A stretch of 47,415 bases of DNA from Elsinoe ampelina (lineage: Eukaryota), in contig ML992524.1 of the NCBI GenBank assembly GCA_010093995.1, positions 35,606 to 83,020 of the forward strand, given 5' to 3'. Positions within the stretch are counted from its first letter, which is position 1. Every line of letters starts with the position of its first letter. Positions 1 through 11,017 of this stretch are shown here, piece after piece. The notes beneath the pieces are model-generated. The model saw nothing but the letters and a program-made list of their open reading frames with translations. It made no database searches and was not told the DNA's origin. Position numbers and translations under genes: made by a program.

Positions 1-1371
1 TTCTATATTAAGTAGCTTCTTTATACTAATAGCTTATTTAAATTTAAGAACACCTTTATATATTTTAATTATTAAGAACTATAACCTGTCTTTAATAAAG
101 TGCCTTAACGTACTAGAGTTATAGATTCCTCTATTCTTACTATAGGTTAAGAATAATAATATAGATACTACTACTACTCTATAGACTAGTATAATAATAT
201 TAATATTAGTATTAGAGCGTTTATCTAATTTACCTACCTTAGTAGGTTCTCTAGATTCTTTAATAGCTACTTAACCTTTAACTTTCTTAGTCTTTAACTT
301 GTTACTTTTACCTTTAGCCTTTATACCTTTATTATTTAACCTATCTTTATTATCCCTTTTACTTTAACTCTTTAGTGCTTTCTTAGAGTACTACTTAAAG
401 TAATCTATATTAGAGTAGATATAATAAGTACACTAAGTATATTAATCCTTAATATAACTAGCTACTCTATAAATAGAGTTTAGATTAGTTCTTCTATTAT
501 ATAGGGGCTTCTATATTCTAAGAGAGTCTATTATCTCTTTAAGACTCTTCTTATAGTTAAGGCTAGATCTCTAGCTCCTTAACTATTTAGTAGTCTCTAT
601 TCCTATAATAAATATAGTCTTAATATAGTATAGAGGGAGCCTAAACTTATCTAGTTTAGTACTAATAGTACTTACTCTTTACTCTATAGTAATAGTGTAT
701 TAATAATAGTACTTTATAAAATCTTTATAGTACCTTTAGGTGTTATAACTTGTTATAATTACCTTATTAAGGTTATAGATAGCTATATATAGCTATCTAT
801 AAAACAATAGGTTTAAATATAGCTTTAATAGTGTCTAGAAGTTTCTTTAAAGTCTTCTAAGTTATACTATAGTAAGGTCTAATAGATTTATAAATCCTTA
901 TTATAATAATACTATAAGTAATTCTATTATTCTTATATAAGGTCTTATTCCTAACCTTATAGATTGCCTTAGTACCTTTACTAGTATCTAGGGCTAGTTC
1001 TTTAGGCTTTATAACTACTAGTATCTAGTCGATGTTATAAATTGTATATCTAAGTATATCCTTTTTAAGGAGAGCTACCTTAAGAGTTAATCTCTAAGTA
1101 TTATAGTTGCTTTCTCTCTTAAGAATCTAAGTCTTAAGTATTTTTGCTAATCTAGACATAATAATAGTAATTAGCTAAAGGCCTATTAATTTAATTAATA
1201 TAATTAGCTTATTTAAGCCGTTTAAACTGTTTAATTAAAGGGTTAATATAGGCTACTATAAGTGTTTATCTTAATGTAGCTAGTCTAGAATTTAGTATAG
1301 GCGGCTTAGTAATTCTTTTAATAATAACACGCTTAATTTGCTATAGCTTTAAGTGCTTTTATAGAAGCGCC

Positions 1372-1383
1372 GGGCTTATAACC
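1372..1383 (-). other. Primer-binding site of copia/Ty5 type (internal fragment of initiator tRNA-Met)
   Basis: GGTTATAAGCCC directly abuts the LTR end. One G>A RIP change from GGTTATGAGCCC, the copia/Ty5-type PBS. Confidence 0.75.
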
Positions 1384-1525
1384 TGTTATAACTAGCAAAT
1401 CGGATCGAGAGATGTATGTTTTATTTAGAGAGTTACAATAACCGATTTATCTACTGTACGTGCGCTGACTTATTAGTACTAGTTCTTCAGTACTAGAGAA
1501 GCTGTACTAGCCTTCCATTACAACA
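1384..1525 (-). repeat. 142-bp LTR (5' LTR of left element)
   Basis: TGTT(A/G)TAA...TTACAACA termini. 130/142 identical to 46981-47122 by manual alignment. Confidence 0.95.
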
Positions 1526-1890
1526 AAATGTACCCTGCGCGGCTTAACACTTAGGCAAGGGTAACCGAGCTAGTTGTTTACTTCTCCGTATATGTCCGAG
1601 ACTAAACTGCTCCGGTGTAGTCTCAAGTACCTCAGACAGCTTCGACACTATAGAGAAACAAAAGACGTGCTTGTGGCACAAAGGCTTGCCCTCGCCATTC
1701 TATTTCCAGAGTCGAGCGCTGTCGTGATATTGTACATCAATACGTCGGGTCTCCACTTCCAAGCCGGGCGCCTCGAGATCAACACACTAGTAGGAGCTCT
1801 CATCACCTGTCCGGAACAATCCCTAACCGTCCCGCCTGAGGTATCAAGTCATAATTTCGTCCACTCCTCAAAATTGTGCAAAAGCATCCC

Positions 1891-4205
1891 TCACATGCCA
1901 AACCCATTTCCTTTGCCAGGAGGCCTGATCATTGGGCCAGGCAAGTTTGTATATAACCCCATCTCTCCGCCGAACTCCGCTTGTGCAAAAGCTTGGATGC
2001 TATCTGGAGTAGGGCCACTACTATTCGAGTAATCCATCGGCATAAATTCCTGGAAAGCATTTGCGAGGTCCCCATACTCGGCGCCAGATTCGAACAGAGT
2101 CGGATCGAGCATGGAGCTATAGTCTTGCTGCAAAGCATCCATCCACTGCGACTCGGACCCCTCCATCTTACCATGTATCAGATCTGGTGCAATAGCAGTG
2201 CTGGGGAGGCCCATAGCCTCCGGGGTCTGGAAGGCTTGCGGATTTGCATACCCGGTTGTAGAGACCGCCGCCGCGCCACCATCTGTGGAATTGATCAAGG
2301 GCGACTCATTCGATAAGCTCTGTGTTCGGGATCCAGGTTGGCCTGCATCATTTGAGGGACTGCCGGCAAAGCTGCTGTTGCTATCCGGCGAAAGGTCGGC
2401 ATGAAGAGCAGGGTGGTCGTCAGTACTCGTGAATAGACCAAAAGTCAATCCGCCATCAGGGGACAGACCTCGAGAACGACGATCTTCTGCCCAGAGGAAC
2501 CATTTTCGTGCATTGACAATTGAGATTGCAAAAATGGCAGGCACACGATACTCCATCATCCCGGCAGCTTCGAGCATCTTGTCCACCACGGCGTTCAAGT
2601 AAATGTCCACTTCAGTAGATGCATGATAGATGCCTGTTGCGGCTACAGCGTCTTCGTCTTCGGATGGTAACGGTAGCATTTTGATGGCCATCAGTATGAT
2701 GAGTGCAAAGATTATGCGTGGGAAAATGTGACACGGAAGAGTCCTGATTTGGTCGACAGGTTGAGCGACAAAAGCGTCCAACATGGCGTGAGCTGCCGCG
2801 ACAGATTGTGAGAAGCAGTGGCAAGCTGTGTCGCTTACTTTGATGCCTGTGTTGAGGGGAGCTTGGAGAAAGAATGGTGCGCGGAAGAGTGATGGGAGGT
2901 AATAGTTGTGTAATGGGGTCTCGTGTAGCACGAGTCGGACATAGTGGTACATGATCTGCATGTCGACTGCTTCTGGTTAGTGACGACCTGATATTGAATT
3001 TCATGTCTGGACTCACTCGTATTGCTCTGCTGCCGATATACGTCTTTCCACAGCATCAGCTTCTTCTGATAGGTGATCAGAGCTTGCTGTAGTTGCTGAT
3101 CTGATATCAGACCCTCTCGACCACCGTCGCTTAAAGAGAATGCAACATTGATCTCTTCACCGATGTTGACAATACGGATGAAAGCACTCAGACTTTTGTC
3201 TGTTGGCGAAGCTGCTTGAGTCATTTCAAACTCTCGACCAATATCAGCCATGTACGTTGTGAAATGAAACATATTTGGCCGACGCATATTCAAGCTGATT
3301 GATGCACACTGCGCATAGCAGGCAAGCAAAGTGCGCTTGCGCTCCATCATCAGAGCGGGTACGCTCATTTTAGCGTCAGTCTCATCTCGTGGTATCGAGA
3401 CAGTGTCCCTCTCACTGAGGCCGATATCCACCGCAACCGTCGAGCCAAGATGTGTGCACTCGTAGAACTTCAGACCGGACCAGCGATCCGCAGGATAGTA
3501 CCATGCGCAAGTGAGCATGATGGCTTTCACAATCTCTAGTGATTTTTGCCCCTTGATCATGACTCTCGAAATGTAATCCTGAATGACTTCTGTGCTCAAA
3601 GCGCTGTAGAGTCCGGGATGTGCCTTGGACGATGCTGTAGCCATGACTGCGAGGAATAGTAACGGCTGGTCTCGGCGCAGTTGTTCAGCCGTCTGATGTT
3701 CAGGGATGAGTACCAGCGGAAAGTGAGGAACGAATTCTGCTCGGTATGTATCGAGCAGCCTTTGCGCTTCCTTGGCTGTGATCGTACCTCGTTCCACAAT
3801 GTCTCCAGTCTGCGATGCAGAGATCGAAAGGCCGTCCGGTGTCATTTGAGGATCTCGTCCATTGGATGTGGAGGGTCCCTGAGCTGATGATTGTCCAGCA
3901 GCGTCTGGTGAAGCTCTAGATGATGCCTTGTCTGAGGGCTGTGATTGCTCAAGCAAAGCCCGCATTGCCACAATCTCCCTCTCGAGCTCCGCGACTCGCG
4001 CATCGGTCCGCTTGCGTTGTTTCTTGCGATGTGGTGATGCATATACACAGATTCGATCAAATTTCAGGCATCTCTGACAGACTGGCGACGGCCCTTGAAT
4101 TGCTGGTAGACATCGGACTTTGAGAGCACGACATGGTTCGCACGCTTTGTTGAGTGACGCAGCCGCATTCGATGAGCCAGCCTTCTTTGCCTCTGTCATG
4201 ACCAT
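1891..4205 (-). CDS. Zn(II)2Cys6 binuclear cluster transcription factor with fungal TF middle homology region
   Basis: CEPCRALKVRC-x9-CQRCLKFDRIC followed by the coiled coil RVAELEREI. One intron (GTGAGT at 3016, CTAAC branch, CAG at 2967 or 2973) joins ORFs 2835-4292 and 1891-2961. Start ATG at 4205 or 4199. Confidence 0.92.
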
Positions 4206-4777
4206 CTCGAGTTTGACCACATCGATGGAGAGATGACAATTTGCTATACCGTCACAATCAGTGCTCCAGATGATAAAATGGCTCTGCTGCAAAAGGAGGC
4301 GGGGCGATCAGATGTCAACCTAAAGTATGATGATGATGATGCCCCAAAGTATGAACTATGAACAGACATCATGGACGCGCACAGACAAAGATGATGGAGT
4401 CATGCCGCAGCCAGATGAACTGCTTGGCGAACTTTGTTTGGCTCGGAGCTTTTGCAACTCGTGGCCTGCCTAAAAATCCCTAGAAATAATCAATCGGCAT
4501 CTTCCACAACTCTGCGAGTCTCGGTACTTTGCTGGCGTTTCTGTATCTGAGCAGACATCTGGTTATTATTGAACGGTGGTAGCATTGCAGAACAGCTTAG
4601 CATTTTAGCTGCCTCGCCTAACATGAGTGAAATGCTCGTCACGCTATAGTAAAGCGCTGGTTGTGACCTTCTCAGAGGAAAACCATCTTGAGACCCCTCG
4701 GCCGAGACAGTTCGGCCGAAGCCGAAGATTCAAGGGGGTTTCTTGGTCATCATCTTCGTCGGCATTTAGGGCTTCGT

Positions 4778-6396
4778 CTACTTGTCTGGGGCATGCAGAC
4801 TTTCGACTTTTCCTCGCCAATCATCCAGTCCTTTTACGCGGAATCCTCGCCCCTCAAAGTCGGCATCGTCCACGACTTCAATGGTCGACATCTTCCACTT
4901 GCCACTGCGAATGACCGCAAACCTACCATCTAACAAGAGATCCTTGCCACTCAACTTCGAGGCCTTGTCAGTCGGTAGGGCTTCAAAGGTCAACTCCTGG
5001 GTATCGCTCGGGTTCTGCACAGCGCGATATAAGCCTCCACTCCGCCGCAATATATTCGCCTTGCTCGCAGAGTCGACTATACCAGCATATAACAGTATGT
5101 GACTGATGGAGCAGACTTCGAAGAGCGTACGTGGAAGGTAAAGTCTTTTCCCTGCGTCGTCCTGCACGAGATCCTGCAAGGTGAGTTTTCTCGACTTCGC
5201 GTGCTCAGCAGCTGTTCTTGCGGCCCAATCCTTGCCGTACGCAAGGCGACAGATCTCCAGAGCAAGAAGATGTTGCCCTTTCCTTCGAGATGGATCCAGG
5301 GAATGCTCAACCATGATTTCCTTGATCGAGTCATTCGGCACGAGAGTGAGGAGGTTCAGGAAGCGTTCCACATCATCGTCTGCGGTACGTAGAAGGTATC
5401 CATACAGGTCAAAGGGTTTCGTCAGGTTGGAGTCAAGCCACACGGCGTTTCCAGCACTCTTTCCGAATTTATCGCCGGCAGAAGAAGTGAGGAGAGGAGT
5501 GGTAATGCCGAAGGGCTTTCTGTCCTTGACCGCTGGCGTGGCATGTCGTCTCGCCATATAATCGATTAGATCCATGCCTGCGACGATGTTGCCATATTGA
5601 TCCGAGCCTCCAATCTGAACCTGTACGCCAGATTCTCGAAACATGTACCACCAGTCGTAGGCTTGAATCATTGGGTAGTTGAACTCGGCAAGCGACATGC
5701 TTTCGCCTTTTTCCAGACGATTCTTGACCGTTTCTCTGGACAGCATGGCGCCCATCTTACCACACTGGCCGACAGTTGCCAGATAATCCGTTATGCTCAA
5801 CTTACTCAACCATCTATTATTGCTGTCGATGGTGTGACGTGCCACGGATGGTGCCATAGGTGGGGCGCGCTCCGTTGTCATAGCATTCATGTTTGCCCAT
5901 AATTGGTCAAGCTGCCGCTTCATGTTCGAGATGTTGTCGGTACGCTGATCCGTCCCCAGCTCTTTGCGTGCCTGAAGTCGATCTGTCGGGTCACCAATGC
6001 GGACTGTGGCGTCTCCGAGCTTACAGGACTGTCAAATGGGAAATCATATGTGAAGGGCGTACTTACCAGAGACACCGCACGATGCCCATGGTTGTGGAGC
6101 CAGAAGAGGATGTTGAGAGGGAGGAGGTGGCCCAGATGCAGCGAGGATGCCGTTGGATCGATACCACTGTATGCCGCAATCTCATTCTGTTGCAGCAGGC
6201 CTCGAAGGACCCCTCGATCACCAGCGACATCCTTGATCAGCCCACGCTGTTCGAGTATGCCGAGGACATCGTCGGACTGTCCTTCAAGTGTTGCTTCTTG
6301 AGATGGAGCACTACCGCGTGGCAAGCTCGCCCAAGAACGCCTTTGAGACCTCAGCACATAGCTAGGCGATTTAAGACGTAGCCGTGCAACTCGCAT
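4778..6396 (-). CDS. MSY1: Mitochondrial tyrosyl-tRNA synthetase
   Basis: YSGIDPTASSLHLGH (HIGH motif), IGDPT after intron 6020-6066, QIGGSDQYGNI, KFGKSAGNAVWLD (KMSKS motif), Arg-rich presequence, S4-like C-terminus. Confidence 0.93.
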
Positions 6397-7270
6397 TGAC
6401 TGAAGAGAGACCGGCTAGGAGCACAAGGACTGAAGATGCTCGAAAATGGATCTGACCAACTTGTTCGGGAGCTGTCCGAGATCGGGCTGACATGACACAG
6501 TCTGTGGACGAGTCAGCTCTGGCACGAGTCAGCAGTGCTGAGTCAGCCCTCCGACCCATCAGCATACTCTTCGTTAACAGACCGTGGCAACATGGATCTG
6601 TAGTAGCCTGCTTACACAATCGATCTATCACTGACATAGCCTTCCCTCGCATCAAGCTATGAATAGACTGGCTTCGCGTTTGCTCAAAGTAGTAATGGCT
6701 TGTATGCAATGCAGGCATGACGCAATCGTGCACCGGATCAATCAATGTTTCCTCCACTAAACGTCTTCAGTTTCCCAATATTCTCGTGTCGAGTGGACAG
6801 CCACACAGACGTGACATTCTGCCAGCCCATCGTAAATATTCCTCATTCTCATAGCTCGGAAGGATGCTTTCGAAATGGCTTCTGCCATCTCTGCGAATCC
6901 CACTGATCCAACGCAGCATTATCGCCAAGTGCATTAGTCTCGTTCTCGTCAGAGCACAGCTCCGATGGGCTACACAGCTCTTGACACGTTCTATGCAGCG
7001 GCAAGGGATGACTGCCCTGATCGAATCGAATTCCCGGACTGGCATACCCCGGGAGCCAACCACAGCAGATACATGTGGACGATCAAGCGCATCGATTCCA
7101 TCTTCAGCTAGTCCTTGATGCCACATCATCCGTAAATGGATGTGCATCAATGGACATGCATTCTGCAAGTACTCGACTGTAGCTGGCATCGTGCGCAGGG
7201 GTAAAGTGTGTCTGATCATTAAAGCGTCCCGGATGGTGTCAAGAATCGTCTTCTTTCTTCATCCGCAGTA

Positions 7271-10200
7271 ATGTCTGCAATCATTGATCGTATCACAAGG
7301 AGATTGTCCTCAAACTACAGCAAGTCCGCAAAACAAGACCGCCGCAAAGACAGCGTCCATATACCTCATGAATCGGCACCAACTCAAGCGAACGGGAATT
7401 CAAAGCCCGGCATTTCCTTCGCTCGTCGACTTTCGAGAGGTTGGAAACCTGATGACGGATTCACAGTCAAGAAAGAGTCGATTCCTGGTCAGCAGTGGGC
7501 GACTGCTACCGACCCGTCCAATGAATCATCAGGCTCAAAGACAAATGGAATCCATTCCTCTTCAACTGGCAGGACGGAGACAGAGGCTCAGTCTCGTGAG
7601 GACGCCCGCTAAATCAATAAGCCAAACATGCTGATGGTTCGTACAGGCTACCCCGAGCCCTCGCCTGAGGAGGAGAATCCTGGTCTCGCAGAGTCTGTTG
7701 GTTCATTCTTGAACTTGATCTCTCATGCGATGCGAACTCCCGACGAAGAGGACTCACTTATCGAGGACAACAAAGAGGGAATATCCGACAAGTTGCGGGA
7801 CCTTTCCACCATCGGGATTGGCGATCTTAGTACACTGAAAGACAAGCTAGCTGTAGGCAAGGGCCTGGTAGATGACAAGACCATGCTCATGGAACGAGTA
7901 ATTCAACTGGTTGCTGATCTGCCAGATAAATCACAGACCCGCACCGATCTGACCAACCAATTCATTGATCAGTTGTTCTTCTCCGTGCAACATCCGCCAC
8001 TCTCCTATCTTGGTGACCAGTTCAAGTATCGGCAGGCAGACGGCTCGCACAACAACATCATGTACCCCCATATTGGCGCTGCGAACACGCCGTATGCTCG
8101 TACCGTTATTCCAGAGACTGTGCAGACTGGAGCGCTGCCAGATCCAGGTCTCATATTTGACAGTCTGTTTGCGAGAGAGACGTTCAGACCACATCCGAAT
8201 AAGAACTCCAGCATCATATTCTACTGGGCTTCGATCATCATCCATGATCTATTCCACACAGACCGTTCGTGTCTCTTCAACGAGTCGAGAGTTTGCTGAC
8301 GATTCGCAGATGCTGATTTCAGCATGTCACAGACTTCTTCATATCTGGATCTCTCGCCCCTCTACGGCGATATTCAGGAAGATCAGGACCAGATTCGTAC
8401 TTTCAAGGATGGAAAGTTGAAGCCAGATTGCTTCGCCGAACATAGGCTGCTCACTTTTCCTCCCGGCTGTGGCGTTATTCTGATCATGTTCAATCGCTTC
8501 CACAACTACATCGCTGAACAGCTAGCTGCCATCAACGAGAATGGTAAGTTTTCGAAACCCAGAATTGGGCTTTCCGATGAAGACACGGTCAAGGCATGGG
8601 CAAAGCGCGACCACGATCTATTCAACACTGCCCGTCTGGTAACCTGCGGTCTATACATGAACATCACCTTGATTGACTATGTCCGTACTATCATCAATCT
8701 GACTCGGTCAAACACAACCTGGACTCTGGATCCGAGGGTCAAGATGGGGGATTCTCTCTTCCACAAGGATGGCACTCCACGTGGCATCGGCAACCAAGTC
8801 TCTGTGGAATTCAATTTGGTCTATCGATGGCACAGTGCCATCAGCGAACGAGATGAGGCCTGGACTGAAGCTCTCTTCAAGGACATGTTTGGAAAACCGT
8901 CTTCTGAGATATCTATGCCGGAGATGCTACAAGGCTTGAAAGACTGGGAGACCAACATGCCTAAGGATCCATCCGCTCGAGATTTCCATAAGCTGGAACG
9001 AGATGCCAACGGCCGTTTCAATGACGATGATTTGGTCGACATCATTACAGCCAGCATTGAAGACTGCGCGGGAGCATTCGGCGCAAACCACGTCCCAAAA
9101 TGCCTCAAGGCTGTAGAGATACTGGGCATGAAGCAAGCCAGAGCTTGGGAATGTGCTTCGTTGAACGAATTCAGAAAATTCTTTGGATTGGCACCACACA
9201 AGACATTCGAGGACGTCAATGCTGATCCCGCTGTGGCCGAGCAGTTCAAGAACCTGTATGGTCATCCAGACAAGATCGAGCTCTACCCAGGACTGGTAGC
9301 TGAAAATGCGAAGATGCCTATGAGCGAAGACGATGGTGGCCCTGTTGGCGTTGGTATCTCACCTACCTACACAATTAGCAGAGCTATCTTGTCAGATGCT
9401 GTGGCTTTAGTCAGAGGAGATCGTTTCTACACCACAGACTACCATCCGAAGAGTCTCACCAATTGGGGCTACACCGAAGTCAATTATGATTTCAGCGTTG
9501 AACAAGGATGCAGCTTCTACAAGCTCTTCATCCGGGCCTTTCCTCTCCACTTCAAGCCAAACTCGATCTACGCACATTACCCAATGACTATTCCCTCGGA
9601 GAATCGAAAGATCATGCGATCTCTCGGACGTGAGAGCCATTACTCTTGGGATCGTCCCCAGAAACAACAGTCTCGGATCATGGTCCAAAACTACTCGGCC
9701 GTGAAAGGTATACTCGAAGATCCTTCGTACAAAGTTGTTTGGGGAGATGCGACTGGCTACCTTATGGGAGAAGGAGGCCGCAACTTCATGCTCTCTGGCG
9801 ACGGTGAGTTCTTCTCCGGCCAGAAGAATGCCATGCATACTTGTCTGTACAAGGACAAGTGGCGTGGAAGCGTCATGAGCTTCTACGAGAAGATCACCCT
9901 TGAGCTACTTCAGCAACATACCGTCAAGGTTGGTGGTAGAAATCAGATTGATTTCACCAGAGACGTCGGCAATCGTGCTCATGTCCATTTCGCCGCCAGC
10001 ATCTTTTCGCTGCCTCTCAAGACCGCCGACAACCCTCGCGGTATCTTCACCGACAACGAACTCTACCTCATCATGGCTGGCACTTTTATCCTCATCTTCT
10101 TCGACGTGGACCCAGTCAAGACCTTCCCATTATCTCTGTCCATTCGCAAGCTCACCCAAACCCTCGGCAAACTCATCGAGACCAACGTCAAGTCCATCTC

Positions 10201-10945
10201 CGCCACTTCCATCATCTCCCCTCTCATCGACTCCCTGCGCACCGACACCGGACCCTTGGCACAATACGGCGTACACCTCATCCGCCACCTGCTCACCATC
10301 GGTCTCACCCCGTCCGAAGCAACCTGGTCCCAGATCCTCCCCACCGCCTGCGCAATGGTCGGCAACCAAGCCCAAGTCATCACCCAGATCCTGGACTTCT
10401 ACCTCTCCCCGAGAGGCCACGAACACTGGCCCGAAATCCGCCGTCTCGCTCTCCTCAACACCTCCGCCGCCGACGAGCTCCTCCTCCGCTATACTCAAGA
10501 AGCCAATCGCATCAACGGCACTTTCGGGACATACCGGGTCGCTTCCACCGAGGGAGTCATCCACGACGAGAACTTTGCCGGCGACATCCCCGTCAAAGAA
10601 GGAGACAAGATCTTCGTCTCCTTCGTCAAAGCAGGGATGGATCCTGCCGTCTTCCCGGAGCCGGAGAAAGTCAAGCTCGATAGACCGATGGAGTCGTATT
10701 TGCATTACGGCAAAGGGGCGCACGAGTGCCTCGGACGAGACATGAGTCGTGTCGCCATGACGGCGATGCTGAAGACGGTGGCTAGGTTGGAGAACCTGAG
10801 GCCCGCGCCGGGGGAGCAGGGTGTGTTGAAGAAGGTGGACAAGGGGGATGGGTTTTATGCCTATATGACGGAGGATTGGGGGAAGTTTATGCCGTTTCCG
10901 ACGACGTGGAAGTTGCATTTTGATGGGGAGGTGCTGGAGAAGTAG
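7271..10945 (+). CDS. Fatty-acid dioxygenase-cytochrome P450 fusion (Ppo / linoleate diol synthase family)
   Basis: Heme-peroxidase motifs IIIHDLF, TSSYLDLSPLYG and EFNLVYRWH. C-terminal P450 with NQAQ, EANR and HYGKGAHECLG. Introns 7596-7646 and 8265-8309 restore one frame. Confidence 0.93.
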
Positions 10946-11017
10946 GAGATGGTCTTGTGGTTGAGATTGGGATTGAACATGGGGTATATGGACTGAAATA
11001 GGAGCTTTTAGGGGTAT

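Larger units (their letters stand above)
1..1525 (-). mobile_element. RIP-inactivated Ty1/copia LTR retrotransposon, 5' part (5' LTR, PBS, gag, start of protease), cut by the window edge
   Basis: Very AT/TpA-rich with stops in all frames. LTR at 1384-1525 is followed on the minus strand by GGTTATAAGCCC (PBS). The minus strand near 85-130 reads gga atc tat aac tct agt acg tta agg cac ttt, which de-RIPs to a copia protease-type GIYDSGTSRHF. A possible zinc-knuckle remnant lies near 370-450. Confidence 0.85.

Noticed and set aside
4690..4745. Tandem TCGGCCGA palindromes / hairpin downstream of TyrRS, possible Zn2Cys6 autoregulatory site
   Set aside because: Short and GC-rich, so compatible with chance; no supporting evidence.
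6400..7270. ORFs of 84-150 aa between TyrRS and Ppo, and the many antisense/shadow ORFs across the window
   Set aside because: No recognisable motifs, often non-ATG starts. They lie in a divergent promoter region or overlap well-supported genes.
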